Made by a program: the position numbers and the translations under genes. Shown piece by piece: positions 26,695 to 41,600 of a stretch of 64,000 nt of DNA (its first letter is position 1; each line of letters starts with the position of its first letter). A model generated the notes under the pieces. It ran no database searches. It was given only the letters and a program-made list of their open reading frames with translations, and was not told where the DNA came from. Source of the DNA: Raillietiella orientalis (taxonomy: Eukaryota); assembly GCA_036172245.1 (NCBI GenBank), contig JAYWIR010000008.1:3472001-3536000 (forward strand), given 5' to 3'.

Positions 26695-28121
26695 GGGAAG
26701 AAAAGAAGAAGAAAAAATTGCCCAGAGGAAACTCCTTAAATGAAACACGCGAATGTGTCCAAGCCTACCGCGTCGTGTGATGAGATTTTGGTTCCGAATT
26801 GTGAAATTGATTTTCAGTTTTTATGGCTGCAACTCCCCTCCCGAACATGAGCAACCAAAGAGGGTTGTTTCTTCTTTCTTCCAGATCTGGAGAATGCATT
26901 CATTAAAGCTGCCTTGATGCGACAGAGAAATAACTTCAAATCATCTGTTCCGTATTCAGGTAAGTGTTGTGTGTCACTCCAGTCTCGTTCACACGAGATC
27001 ATTAGGCATTATTATATGCGTATTGTCTCTCCCTCTCCCTCTCTCTCTTTTTCTCACCCAGGTGACCACAACTGTAGAATTGCGGAACGAAATAATGAGA
27101 AAAGAACGCCAAAAAGTGATAGTACTACTGCTGATATTCAAAGAGAAATGGGCGCACTCGATACTTGTTTAGCTGATTTGAAGCAGGTGAAAGCATCCTG
27201 TGAGTGTGCACAAAGTAGTCAGCTGAAGCGTTCAGAGGAAACCAAAAAGTTCACGGTAATTTCCCGTGCTTTCTTTGGCTGTTGGATGTCGCAGACTCCG
27301 CTGGGTGCTGCGCGTTTTTTTTTTTTTTTTTTTTCCCCCATTTTGTGCACTGCGGAGTTTCGTTCGGAAACCATTCTTCTACTTGACACGAGCTTCCAGC
27401 CTCCGGTTGTTTTGTTGCACCCTTGTCACTTGTCATCGACTGCGTTCTTCTTTCCTCCTTCTTTCCCTTTGTCATCACATCCTGAAATCCACAATCCGCG
27501 ATGTACCAATCATTACCTCGCTGTCGGTGGAGTAAAATGAAAGAGGCTCGAGCATCCGTTCAAAGCTTCCCGTCGGACTTGCTTGCTCTCCATAAATGTA
27601 AGTGCTTGGCGGAAACTTCGTGTTGAAACTCTGGGGAGTGGTTTCACTGCAGTGGATCCAGAGATCTTTTTTTTCTTCTTCTTCTTCTTCTTCATTTTTT
27701 TTTTTTTTTTCCTATTTCTTTCCCAGCAGGAAGCCTCAGGATGGAAACGTCTCACCACCAAGCCTTTCAGACCTGCTGTTAACAGCTTATTGCAAGATCC
27801 TGTGCCCCATTTCGAAGTTCCCCGGTTTTAGGATGGCCTGTTTATTTGTCGAGAGCATTCACTCATCACGCATTTGGAAGCAGTGCTGTATCAGAAGCAC
27901 ACTTATTCAGGGGATGCCTGAGAAGGGATTTCAGTTAGGCAATTAAGAGATTGTGAGGAAAATTAGTAGTATCGATATGGTGCCTATATTTCAGAGTTTT
28001 TTTTTTTTTTTTTTTTTTTAAGCAGATGAAACACTTGCTTTGTCCTGAGAATCGTTTGTTCCCTGTGAGTAATACTCGACGTTACCTCTTAAGTACGGAG
28101 CGAATCGTTATGGCCAGTTTC

Positions 28122-28196
28122 TTTTTTTTTTTCTGTGTGTGTGTTTTGTTTTGCGTATGTTTTTTTTTTCTGTGTGTGTGTTTTGTTTTGCGTATG
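28122..28196. repeat. Tandem duplication of T(n)CTGTGTGTGTGTTTTGTTTTGCGTATG
   Basis: Two consecutive near-identical units. Confidence 0.85.
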
Positions 28197-28941
28197 GTTT
28201 TTTTTTTTTTTTTTTTTTTGCGAGTGTTACCGCCATATACATATTTTGTTTATAAACTTTCCCAGGGAAAGAAGAGAAGAAATTCTCCACATCGGATTGG
28301 GATTGGGAGATTGACTGGGCGGGTTATAAAATCATGTTTGTTTGGGAACGTGCCTTCTCAATATTTGCGGAATCTCGGAAGCCCAACTTTGCTTTGCTTT
28401 CTCTCATCAGAAGCCGAGTCTGCTATGTAAATTTTGGATGATGTCTTTTTCCACAGGTCTTGTAGTGTGAAAGTTTAGGATGACTTTAACGTTCATCCGA
28501 AATTTTTGCTGTCCTTGTGACACCATGTGGTCAAGTGCTCTTCAGATAATCTCCCTTAGGATCCTTTTTCTTTAGGAGCCCTTCAGGATTACACCACCAC
28601 TTTGGGTTTTCAAGAGTCATTGGAAAAGAGAAAGGAATTTTCCGTGTTCACTTGACCTTGTGTGTTTGTGCGTTTATATTTAGATCGGAACCCTTAATAA
28701 CGATTCAGGAAATGGCGATTCGGGAATTTGCATTCGGCATGCCAGGCTTGAAGTGCCTTCAGAATGTTCCCGCTTTTTGCAGAAACTCCATTTTCGTTGG
28801 CGTGTTTTTAGATCAGTGAAATCCTCGGGTCTTCCTTAGAACAGCCCATTTCATTTTTTGGAACAGAGATCTCTGTGTGATTTTCGATAAATGAGTATTA
28901 TTATGATTTGGTCCAAGCGCCTTCGCATGTATATGAAAGGC

Positions 28942-28943
<2 letters not shown>

Positions 28944-28972
<29 letters not shown>
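28944..28972. repeat. (CA)n microsatellite
   Basis: Direct reading. Confidence 0.95.
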
Positions 28973-28975
<3 letters not shown>

Positions 28976-31280
28976 GGAAGAATTATGTGTGCCTTCAGTT
29001 CTGAGATAAGCCTGCGTTTATTATCAGAGCAGGTTTGAAGCAATATGTTTAGCCGACTCCACTTGGAATTCTTCATGAGAACATGCTCATGCTTCTGAAA
29101 ACCTGGTAGTTTGTGCGTCTTCGTATTTTTACGATTCTCATCTGTCTGGAAGATACGATAAGCAACCACTTGCAAGCTTGGAATCCTTCTGAGGTGTGCG
29201 TTTGCGTGCATCATCTCGACATAAAACTTTGTAAGAACGCGAAAGGTGCGCGCTCACATTCATAGCTGTATGTGTTTTTTCGATGGTAGCGCACAGCAGA
29301 CAGATTCCGTGCTTTGGAGCAATCAGGGATTTTTGCCTGGTAGGCATGCCCGACGTGGAAGCAACGCCGCCGTTTCCTTGCATTTGTTTTTCCCCACCGT
29401 CTCCGTCGAGATCCGTGGATGTCTTCCTTCTTACTGGAATCATGCCGAGATTCGCAACCGTTGGTGCTCAGGAAAAATCAAAGAGCGCTTTCGTGAGATC
29501 ACATCCCACGTGTCGCAGAAGTGCAAGACGAACCTTTTCACTCTTGCCGTTGACGTGCTTCGCCTTTGAAAACCGCTCAGCACCGCGTGCATTTGTCGGT
29601 GCAGTCTCACAAGTCCCGATCCTCCTCTTAGTTGATGGGGACGGCGGAGTCATTACGAAGCGACTCGAAAAAAGGTCGTTCGTTCTTCGCACGCAGCAGC
29701 AGCCAGTTTTTGCTTCAGCCAGAGGAAGTGACTTGTCGGCTTTCAGCTTGTTTCCTTGAATGAAAGCGCAGGGCAGGCAATACTATGGGAACGGTGCGTT
29801 CCTCCGCACTCAAACAAGACTCTTCCTTTGTTCCTTTGTCACCGTTGAAATGGAACAAAATGCGACGTTGATCACGTGGGCAGGGAGCTACCGTTCGTGG
29901 CCTTTCCAGTAGTCTTGGGATGCAATAAGACGTACTCCGCCGTGGTTCTCAAGTTCATAAACACACGGCAAGGCAGCTTAAGGCCCGACCGCGCTTTTCG
30001 TACAACTCGGAACGGAGGCTTCCGGACATCAGCAGAGCGTGTGTGCATGTTGGGACGGATTGCGTGAAGACTTTGGTATGTTGGACAGCCAATTCAGCGA
30101 AGGATTTTCGGCTGCGGCCCCATATCGCTTTGGCTAGGTATCATTTTTTTTTCTAACGCAGCGAAAATAAAAGCCCCATTCCGACTGGGTATCCCTATAC
30201 CAGAATGTTACTATTTCTTTCAGTGTTAACTCTTTTCCGGACGAAAGTAAAATCTAGTCGTCCATTGTTCTGATTTCATTTTCTTCCTTCTTCTCTCATG
30301 ATTGGCCTCCCCATGAGCTTTAGGTGTTATCTTAATGGTTCAAGAGATCTAAATTCAAGACCGATTGCTACCGTGTTGGTTTAGCGTTTGCTTCACTCTG
30401 TCCAAAAATTCGTGGGCAAACTTGAAGGGTGAGCGGAGTAATCGAACGATAAAGAAAGGTGAAGAGCGCTTAACTGTGTTTGGGACGAGGAGCTTGTTCT
30501 CGAAACAGCCAGGTTGTCCTTTGCTGTGATCCACCCAAGGCCCAATAAAACAGTGTACATGCTTGATGTACAAATCAGTGCGAGCGTCTCCAGGATATGT
30601 TTGTTTGTAAGCTGTTGCCTGTTTAACGAATTGCAATCCTCTGCGTGGTTTCTGCCGTTCGAGGTGTATTTGCCACATCAAAATGTTGGCTGCTGTTGAC
30701 GTTTGGAAAGATGAAGAAGAATGTCAGCAAAATTTTGTCATTAAGCCGTGCATTCTTGGTTCACTTGTGTTCTTATCAATCATCAAGTTGTTTCCGTTCC
30801 AGTTCAGATTGGAAAAAAATAGAGATGACGGATTTCATTCTTTGGTCTCATGTTTTTAGGGAGTCAACCATCATTTTTTGCAGAATCACCTCGCCAGAGT
30901 CCACCGTCACCTAGCGATATGTGTGTGTGTGTTCGGTGAATCCACTTGCACTGCATCCGATTCTCTTTCAGGAAGTCTAGGAATTGTTAGTATTCGCTGC
31001 ACAAGTCTTTTTTGCAATAGACTCAAACATTTCATAGGCAGATCTCGCCTTTCACATCTCTTAATTCTGCATGGGGGGGGGGGGAAGGGTATTTGCAAAG
31101 CATGCAGGCGCATTACTGCATCTTTGTGGTCGCTTTTGCCCATAAACTTCCGCTTCAGGTTTCGTAGTTTGAGCCTTTGTCCACTCTTTTGTTGCGGACT
31201 CTTGAACCCATGGAAGCTAACTAATTATTCCAATGAAGAACTTTCTTGACTGTTTGGGATATGAAACCTTTTTTCCACAG

Positions 31281-32583
31281 AGAATACGATCCAAGAATTA
31301 AGAGAAAAGAGAGCATTGAAGAAACTCGCAAGTTGACGGAGGGAGGGACCATGAATTATGAGGTCCAAAGGCAAATTTGCGAAACGAAATCTTCGCAAAA
31401 CAAGGAGCAATTCATATCTAACAGCTTTCGACTACTGTTTCCAGAGTGGTTCGTTCACCGGTACCTTGGATTTGTCCGACTTGCGGAATCTTATCCCGAA
31501 CAGATAGGAGTGCCGGATCGAAAAGGCCCTGGGGAGTCAAAGCATCAACTATTCGTAGGCGAGGCTAATTTCGGTCAGATGGATTTCCGACGAGCAACTC
31601 CAAGTTTGCGGAAGTGTGAATAAGAGATGCTAGTGGCGGACACAGTCAGGCTGACTGGAGAAGGTGCACAGCTCCTCTCGTAGATGTTCGCCCTTTTGGG
31701 GAGACACGTGCTTTGCCGGGTCGTTTACTGCCTCTATTGGAAGTATTTCACCGCGCTCTCAGGCTTTTACTCTTTGTACTGTTTTCTGGGGGAGATTTTC
31801 AGGAGCACAAAACTTCCATAAACTCTACAGTACTGTACTGTTTGTATTGCGTATTCTGTGTAGTGAGTATCTTGGCGAAAAGTTTTTCACGTGTTTGTCA
31901 GAGAGGTCGATCTCGGTGCTTAGCAGAAGAAAGTCGGATCAGCTGAAACGTAGACACGACAAGGTGCGGACACGAGAAGCGAACGGGAATCACTTGTTTG
32001 AGTGTCTGTAAAAGTCTTTCTAGTGATCAGATTATTTCTGAACAGGTTGTCCAACTTCCTGGAAGGTCATCCATGCGCTTGCACTACAGGGGCATAACAA
32101 GGGAACTGGTCCACTGACTTCTTCTTCGCCCCTGCCAGCACTACGGAGTGAAGCGGTGTAACGCGGATGAACCTGTACATCGTGCAGTATAATTGAACCA
32201 CAGTGAATTAACCGTGCCGAATAGCCTGTATTGTGGGTTGAGGCCTAACCCAGTTAGCCGCTGAGGCAATACGCCGCTGCATGCCTTGAAAAGTATTGCG
32301 TTCAGGAGCCATGTTCGCGGAATTGCCGATCAGATAAGCGCGATTCGGATGGCCCATCGCGAATGCTTGCAAAGAATCCGTCCGATTTGTGGCGCCAACA
32401 GCTCGAAACGCCGAAGCGGAGGAGAAACTCGGACGAAGATGAGTCGAGATTTCTGATGTTCGGTCTCGACGGATTTCACTTCTTGTTCCCCTCTGCTATC
32501 ACGTATGCATTCGGGGACTGGTTATCATCTGTAAAGGAAAGAAAAATGAAAGAGAAGTCACCTCTTTCCTTTCCTCCTTTTCC

Positions 32584-32653
<70 letters not shown>

Positions 32654-35600
32654 ATGGGGGTGGGCGTGTTTGTTTTCGTAAAAAATAAACAGGTACTCAG
32701 AAGGAGCTATCAAGCGTTTGCTTAACTACTACTTGCACGTGTGCAAACATCGACCCAGCAATGTTTTTGCTCATGATCGGAGAGGTGCAAACCGCGCTCG
32801 ATGATGAATTTCATGTGATCTGGTGACTAATGGAAAGGTGTTTTTGGCGTTGCGTAGGTGCTCCCCAAGAAGCAGAAGAAGGTGTCGAAGAACCCAAAAG
32901 GAACCCAATCTACACCAAGATCTACAACTAAGATCTCCAAGAATCACCTTAGTTGTACTTCCAAGAAAGGTATAAGCAATTCTCTTCGTATGTATTGATC
33001 TGCCCCCTCCTTGACGCATACACCTTTGGTGACGCGTTTGTTTTTGATTTCAGACCCAATAAAGCCAAGTGTTTGGAGAGAAACGATCGCTAAATTTAGA
33101 AAGGAAGGATATTTCGACGACATCCTTCCTTCCAAAGGACGCAGCAGCTCCAGGGACAAGGCAGCTGACATTCTGAATGAGAAGGGAACGTGCAAATCAG
33201 ACTCCTTGAAGACGAGGTCTGCGCAAGTCTATCCGTCGAATAAGACTTGCAAGGCCGACACGAAAGGCGTCCCTTCGAATAAAAGGAGTGGCGGTTGTTT
33301 CCGGTTGCCATTGAAAACCTCGTCAGTGAGCTCAAAGTCTACCAAGCCACCAGGTTATATGGTTCATTCTCATGTTAAACATTATGACTTCGGGAAAGGG
33401 TTTCCGCTTGAAAATCTCCTGTAAGGAACGCGTCGCTGTTGAGGCATCTGCAAAGTCCTGCATTTTTGACACATCCGTATCAGTTTACATAGACACTTTT
33501 TCCAGTACGGCTGTGTTGGTGATGGTGTGTCTGTCTGCTGTGGTCTCCTTTCATAATTTCATCTTGTTCACTTTCATTATGCCAGTGGGTTCCTCCTGCC
33601 TTTAGATCAGTGCTGCGTCGTTGAGGAGCACGCTTGGCTGTGAGTTCATTGCGCGGTACTTCGTCAGATGACCACAGTATTTCTTCACTTCCGGTTAAGC
33701 ATGTACTGTTGGTGTGTCGAAACCGGGAAGTCTTTGTGGCTGGAAGCCGACAGGATGTGCAACTCTGCGCGCAAAAGAAGCGGATTTTCTGACTTACGAA
33801 ATCGTTTTTTGGGGGGAGGGAAAAAAAAAAAAAAATCCGGCTCTTTCGCTGGCTCTCGGCTAGAGAAAACATCCAGGGTCTTATTTGTAGTCTTCCTTTG
33901 TAGGTTTTCAATTCCTTCAGATCTTTATTTGATGAGCAGATAGATGTGCGTCTGCATGTGTTTGCACATCTTTCGCACTTCCTGGCATCGAAATAAACTT
34001 TCTATTGGGGGCCGCTGCTCTCTCCCTGTTCCCCTCATTGACGTTTTCCCGCGTCGAAGCTACCGTGCGGCCGCTTCTGCAATCATGGCGACCCCTACTT
34101 CAAGCAAGAAGCGAAGCAAGCATTTGCGCGAAAGATTTTCTTCCAGGTGTTACCCTCTTGAAGGGAGAACAAGTCACTGTCCAGTTCCTTTACTCGACCA
34201 CCCATGTAGTTTTGATTATCAAGTAGGAGTTGACGTGCTCATCTTCTGTTGCCACCGACTTGGGACAAGGTCCTCTCGTGAATACGTCTTCTCGATGGCT
34301 GCCGTTTGTCTTTTGTGCAGGATTGAACCCCTCATTGAGTATTCTCGAGCCTACCTGTTTGCTTTTCGTTTGCATGCTTTCTGAATCGCATAAAAACGTT
34401 GAATTTGCTTGCATGGTGCTTGTCTTTCCGTAGTCAAGAGGAACCATTCTGAGCCGAAACGCTGCTGAAAAGAAGGAAAGAAGGGTGAGGGATGGGAGGT
34501 GATGCACTCATTTCGACAACTGTGTTTTTCATTATTGCTTTTTTTTTTTTTTTTTTTCCTCGCTTTGTCAGCCCGACTTTTTTCCCTACAGCCCGTTAGT
34601 TTGAGCACTTCTGTGAGTTTGTGGATGCAGCTCATGTTGGTCAATGCGAACCTACATGAGCTGCATCCGAAAACGCATGAAAGAGACAGAGAGAAGAAAG
34701 AGAAACCCCCAAAAGGGGGGGGGAGAGAAACGAAAAAGAAAGAAATCGTGGTTTCCGCTTATGCACAGGAGGAAAAAGACAGTTCCTTTGTCTTTGAAAC
34801 TCTCAGGCACGTGAATAAATTCGTGATGCCGGTCTGGCTTTGAGTAGTAGGAAGGAAAAAAAAAAAAAAAAAAGCTTTGCCTTAGGAGGGCTTTCCATGG
34901 CATCTTGTCTGCTGCCGGTTCATGATGAAGTGGTTCGAGAAAGTTCGGACCGTCGGAGGCGCTGAATGCTTTGTTCTCGTTCTGTGAAAAGACATGCGTC
35001 TCTGTTGTCCCGATGTAGTCGCTTCCTCTCCCCGATGGCTTATAGTTGTCATTTCTGCCTTGTAGCTTCCAGGAAGCCTAATGTTTCGACGGACATTGAT
35101 CCACCATCAAAACAGAACGCGCTTCAGCTTCGGAGACAGTTCCACTCGAAAGAGCGGCTTCCCGTACACAAGGAGAACCGCGTGGAAGGGCCCATTCAGC
35201 CACGAAAACAACCCCCTAAGACCAGGCAGCCAGCTTTCGATGGTGCAGCGCACGTTGACCCATCTACTCCGACAGTGCATCCAAAGACTCCTGTTGTCGT
35301 CCTTCCATCGGAACCAACCAGAGGTACGAGGAACCGTTGTTCGTGGTGGCGACCCGCACCAGCATCTTCCGCAGAATATCCTGTGGAATTGGTGGGAAAG
35401 GAGAGGCTTTCCTATCCAGTCGGCGACGCTGTTTCTCCCTTGGGCCATTACGCACAGGACTGCTTGTTCCCTGCAAGCAGCGACGAGAAAATCAAATCCG
35501 TTCTCTCACTGGCGAAGTCTTTGGAAGAGAAGCTCAACAAGTACCGAGCGAACGAGCGAACGAAATTCCGCGGAGACTGGAGTTCCACGGACGCCGGCGA

Positions 35601-38600
35601 CTTGGTTCGGCATGCCGACTGGGGCGCCGCTGTACCTACCGAAGGGGGGCGCGCCTTTGGCCCTTCGGTTCCCGAGCAAAGGAGTCAAGGCGGTTCCTCC
35701 GAACCCGGACCAGAAGCCACGAGCTTTGTGGAGTTTCGAGGTGGAAGAATGGCTGGAGGCATGGATCCCCCGTCGCCTCCCCCCTCGGGTAGGCACGCAG
35801 CGCCTAGGTTTTGTTCAAGCACAAGATCCTTCCTTGCTACCAGATCACGAAGAGGAGGTTACGAAGTTCCAAGGCGATGAATCCTGCGACGCGGGGCGCG
35901 CCCTTCGGCAATACTTACTCGGCGGTTCTGCTGAGCGCGAGAAGGTACGAAGAACCTTTGAATGCTTTCCGCTTCCTCCTGGAATGAGGAAGCAGCGCCC
36001 ATATTCCGCGTCTCTTCGGTATTGGGGAGTCATCCAGTGGGCTCGTAAACGTATGAAAGGGAGGAGGCGTTCCAGCCTTCACCCCGTGTTTCCTCGGTTG
36101 CTGTCGGTTAAGACGGATCGGAGAACATGCACTTTCTCGTGTCACCATGTCGCCGCAGAACACCCTTTCCTCTCACGTTTCTGGGACTGCTGGCTGCTGT
36201 TCACTTTGGGGTCTCACGCCTGATCATCGTTCAGAATTCAGTCTGTGCAGCTCTTTGTGGACCTGCGTTCCTCCAACCGTCCGTCGTAAGGGGTGTCATG
36301 GAGCTGGAAGCTTGGTGGTGGTCTTTTGCATGATGAATCGTCTGTCTGCGTCGTTTCGTCGTTGTTCTTTCTTTCTCATTACATGCTCTTAGTTCCCGAG
36401 TGAGTCCTGCCTATCCGTCGGTGTGGGGGAGGGTAATTCTTGGGTTCCACCCTGCACGTTGCGGCGGCGCGAGGAGGGGCAGCGGTCGGCGATGTTGAAA
36501 ACCACCGGTTTGCACCGACTTCCAAGCCCGGGTGTTCTGGAGGCGACCCGCTTCTCAGGAACACGCGAACCAAGACCCGCGTTTCCAATCGATTCCCCGT
36601 CCCGAGCTGCTCGGGAACGGGTGATTGGCAGTAAGCAGCAGCAGCGCGCGGGTCCCAGTATCCCTAACTTCAGCCACACAATTCACCGCTACGTGCGGCG
36701 CGAGGGGCTTCTTTAGTACTGTTCCCTTGGGCAGCCGACGCAAGCACAGTGCACTCCCCACGTTTGTGAGCAAGCCGTGGTGCGGCGTGCTTTTCTCATC
36801 CCAGGCGGCAATGGGAGACCTCGTCGCCTCCTTACATGCACGCGGAGTGGTCGGATCGCTAGGGGTCTTTGGCGAATTCTTTCACCGTTTCGTTCTTCTT
36901 TTGTAGGGTAGTCCGACGCCAGCCGCGGACGGGAACTTCTCCCCACCAGATCCGTTCAACTTCATCAACGCACTGCACCTGAAACTCCGGTCGGCTGCCG
37001 AAAGCGAGCGCCGGACCGCCACCCCGGACGCCTTGGCTCTGGAGACCACATCATCATCCGCGCTGAACTTTTCCCACCTGGAGAGCACCCATCCTCTGTC
37101 GTGCAGCAACAACGAGAACTCTTTCACAGTTGCCCTCGCGGGTCCTCTGGAAATCTGCAACTCCTCCGCGGATTCGACGGAGTTCTCCATTCTCGAAGGA
37201 CCTCTCACTGATGTTACGCTGATGGACGAAGTGGAGAAGCACGACGGAAAGGGGACTACAAGGGAAGGGCCGTCTTCTCCTGTAGATACTTTCGGACGAC
37301 CTCGCAACGTCGTTCCTCCTGGTCACGGCTCCATCGATACCTCGCCGAAGAGTGCGGAGCCGTGCAATGAGGAAAACGAGCGGGACGGTCGTGGAAGCGC
37401 GCCCATTGCCGAGGTAGGTGTACCGACCCATCCTTCCTTTCCTCTGCATTTTGCGTGACGTGATCCTGCTACCTCTTACCGTCTCTTACTTCCAGCAGTC
37501 ACAACCGAAGAGCAAGTACGCTCCCGAAGCTTTGGAACTGAAGTTCCAGGTGGAGCTCGCCTACATGGAGTCCCTGGACGAGTCTCTGAAGCAACTGGCC
37601 ACGGTGGAAAAGATCAAGAGCGCCGCTCTGGCACATCAGAACTTGTTTCTCTTCGATCACGTGCCGCAATCGGTACGTTTGCCGAACACGAGTGCGAATC
37701 AGTGTCGTTCTCGACACGTGCTTCCAGAAACCCAGCAAAAGGGAACTAAGCTTCGATCAGGACGCGGAAAAAAACGTCACCCCGAGTGAAGACGCTGTCC
37801 TGAGAGAGAAGGATCTGCGGCGAACATTCATCGAGCAGAAGAAGCTACAAGACGATGCCCTGAAGGCCAGGGACTTCGAAATCAAGCGCATCTGCAACGA
37901 AGTGTCGCGCCTGCTGGAAGAGTCCACGGGAAAGATCATCAAGTCCAACCTGGAAGCCACCAAAATGGCCTCTGCCACCGTCGAAAAGATCTCTCAGGTA
38001 TGATAGGCTCTCAATTCCCGTGCCGAGGACATTCCTCAAGGATACGATTCCAACACGAAGCACCTTCGGCTTCTCTCGTACTCGGTGCTTTCTTGGGCCA
38101 TCCGTGGTTTCAATCTCAGACAAGAAACGGAAATACTTGCACGTGGTGTGCGTGTATGTGCTCGTGCTCTCGCGCGCGTATACATTCTTTTTTATGTATG
38201 CGTATACATATCTGTAGGTTGGCACGTGCACATATCTGTGGTAATCGTTGAATCACCGGCTATCTAATATTCGTCATGCAGTTGGTTACGTGTTGGATTT
38301 CCGTGCTTCACCCTGACGCCTGTCGTGTTGTCTTTGACGGTAACAAACACGCAGAGCAGTCGTCCAGTCACCCAACTGCACTGTCGAATCGTGGCGTGTT
38401 TCGACGGTGCACTGCCAAAAAGAGTGTGTGCGTGTGTGAAGGAGGAAAGGCACTCGACTTCGACGTCACGTATTCTACAGCATTTCCATGTCTTAGATGA
38501 ACGCTATGGCGTCAAAATCAGTAGCTTCGGCAACAGCAGCAGCCGTTTCCACAGCCCTAAGAGAGGTAGGAGGACACGGTCTTCTCCCGTTAGTGGCTCC

Positions 38601-41600
38601 CGCCTCACCGGAAAAAAAATCCGAACAGCTGAACATTGGCAGCCAATTTGCCGAGAGCGAACACGCTCAGGACCCGGGTGCAAACCCTGCTTTTCGGATA
38701 CAAGTAGGGAACCCCCTCTGGGAGGAACCCGCCCCGGAAACGGAGGAGAATCTGGAAGACAATGAAAGGTTCGTTCATTGGCCACCGTGATGGTGGTCAC
38801 CGGAAACGAACATTGCGATCCAATCGCAGATTGCGGGATAGCGACGCGGTGTCGACTGCTTCGGATGCTGCGAGGGTGATCCTGTACTCAGTGGCGTCTC
38901 AAGAGAGCATTTGGAGCGCGGAGCAGGTAAAGGAGGTGGAGCCCGATAAACATTCACTCTGTTCACTGAAGAATTCTAATGAAACAGATAAGCGCGTTTC
39001 TTTAACCAAACCCATGACGGAGGCGAAAGCAGTTCAGACAGAGATTTTCACAGACGTGCCTCAAACGAATTCTCATTCCGCGGTGCTTACGACGCAGACG
39101 GCATCCAGGAGACCGTTGCCCCTGTCTTCAGCGAAGATCGGTGGTTGGTCGCTGTCTGCGGCGCGCAGTCCCCAGATGGTAAGGTCCGACTCGACGTTCG
39201 ACCGGCTTGCAGCACCATCGGAAGGTTCCGTAGTCTTCCAGGGAAGCCAGTGTCCGCGTCCACCACCAGAAGGCGCTCCTCAAGCTTCAGGAACTGGCGA
39301 TCGAAGAGTACGTCACTGCCGAGCTGCTGAAGCTTGAACTGGCCATCAGGTTAGGAGGGGCGTCGAAAGTGGGGCGGCAACGCGTTCTCCATCAGGAACT
39401 GCAGCAGAGAGGATAAGAGTCAGGTGCTCCGTTTGAAGAACAAAAGGGACAGCATCAAGAAGTCGTTCCTCCTACAGAAAGCAGAAATCAAGCGGTGAGA
39501 TTCTGCGTTCCTTTCTCCTCCTCCGATTCCCTACCTGCTCGCGTATCTATTTTCCTCTTTTCCCGTATTCACGCCTGTGTGTGTGTAGGTTAAGAAAAGA
39601 ATTAAACTACCACATTCAAGCCGACAGCGCAGCTGCTTTGTTCCAAGAACGTGAACTCCACGCAACACCTTGGAAACCTTCTGGGCGCGACTCTCCGATG
39701 CCGGAGTTGTTCTTTCCCGACTCCGATTTGCAGACGGGATCCGCGCCGCAGATTACTGCCTCGTCCCAGGATCCGAACGTGATCCTGGAAACGTTGGATA
39801 CGTGCAGGAGGTACGCGAGGCAGGCGTGTCAGGGTTCATGTGCTCACGAGCATTTCCAGATGCCTCGCGTCGAAAGAGCAGAATCTGGTGCGGAGGAAAA
39901 AGGAACTCGAGGAAATAACCGACTGGAAGGCGAAACTGGAAAGGGAAGAGCGGAACATCCGGTCGCTTCTGAAGAAGACACTGCAGAGCTTGAAAGACAG
40001 AAATATCTCCTGCTGCGCTTCCAGCGTCGTCACGGCGGCCTCGCCCTCCCTCAGCGACGGGCGCTCAGGCGACCGTTCCAGCGCGGTCGCAGCGACGATG
40101 AGCGTCGCGACCGACGTGCACTGCAGCATCGGACACGCCTCGTAAGGCGCACTGTCGCTCCCTCCTGCCATAGACCGTGCTCCTCCTCAGACAACAGGAA
40201 GCATCCGAAAAGTCCGAAGCCGCGTACAACACCGAAACCTTCGAAACCTGCTCCGACGTTCCGCGCTCCTTCGACTCCTCCAGGCGGCGGCGTTCTCCAT
40301 CGCCGCAGCCGCCGTCGTCTGCTGCGCGCACTTCCAGTCGCCGCGGGAGCGGCGGGCTTCCTGCCGAGCAACGCGATGGGCTCCCGGACGGCGCGTCGTC
40401 GCCCGTCGAGGAGGAGCATCCTTCTTCCTCGTTCCGCAGCGGTACGTACAGCAGCGAAACCAAAGGCAAAGCGGTCCCACTCGGGACGGCCACATCGGGC
40501 GCGTGACTCGGAGACGCGGTTTCAGGCGCTGGCCTCACCCGGACACCGCCACCCTTCCACGCTTGCGAGCTGGGGCCAGGAACCGAGGAGCGGCTCGGGC
40601 AGGCCTCGAAAGATCGCCTCGTCGTCGCGTCTGAGGAAGAGAAAAGGGAAGAGGAAGCGGTAGCCCTGTGGGAGCGAACGGAAGAAACCGCCAGCCATCG
40701 GGAGGCAACGGACCTCCCCTCCCCGCGCGCTGGAGGAACGTACGATTGCGGTGCGAGCCGCTCGGAAAATCCCGAACCTGCCCAGGAGCTGTCATCGTCC
40801 TCGTATCAATCCGATGGTCTCGACAACACCGTGACGCTGGGAAAGATCGAGGAGATCAGCCAGAGGCTGCTGGACCAAGTTCTAGAGGAAAGTCTGCTCG
40901 AGGTGCTCGGCGAGGGTTCCGATCTGCAGCTCTTGGCCGATCGGATCTCCGGTGCCCTTTGGGAGCTCCTGCTGGACGACTGCACGACGTCCCACGAGGC
41001 CGCGAAGCACAGGAAGCAGCAGTTGGCCATCCGCACTCTCTGCGGGCATCGGCTTGGTGGCGAAGACGACGAAGCAAGAGTAGACGTACGACGGCGAGCG
41101 GCAGATAACGACCACGACTCCTCTTCTTCCAGGTGGACCGTGAGACCGAGCCATCTCGGGTGCGCCGCTGCGACCCCGCCCAGCCAGATGCAAAAGCGCC
41201 GCCGCCCCATCATCCTTACAGAGAAGCCCCTCCGGACGGTGGAGGCCCCTCACCCTGCTGCCTGCCGTCCCGCGTCGACCGCTTGGGCTCTTCCCCCTTT
41301 CCTTCCGAACAGCGCGCCGCCCACGACGAGCAGCCTTGCATGCTCGCCTCTCACCCTTTCGAAGGCATCCGGTCGTTCGTCACGAAGTGCTGCTCATTCC
41401 TTTGGCACGAGAGGGCGGCGGCTTGCCCCTCTTCCCCCTCCTGTTCCCTCGACGAACTGTACTCTCGCTTTCTCGACAGCAACCCCTCGCAGCGGTCCTC
41501 GCCCGTCAGCAGGCTGTACTTCGACTTTTGCGCGGAATGCAGGAGGCCGTCCTCTTTGCTCTGCGACCAGTTCGTGGAGTTCGTCATCGGCGAATTGCAA

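Noticed and set aside
32250..32300. U4-like 5' end
   Set aside because: Short gapped match with no k-turn spacing or 3' domain.
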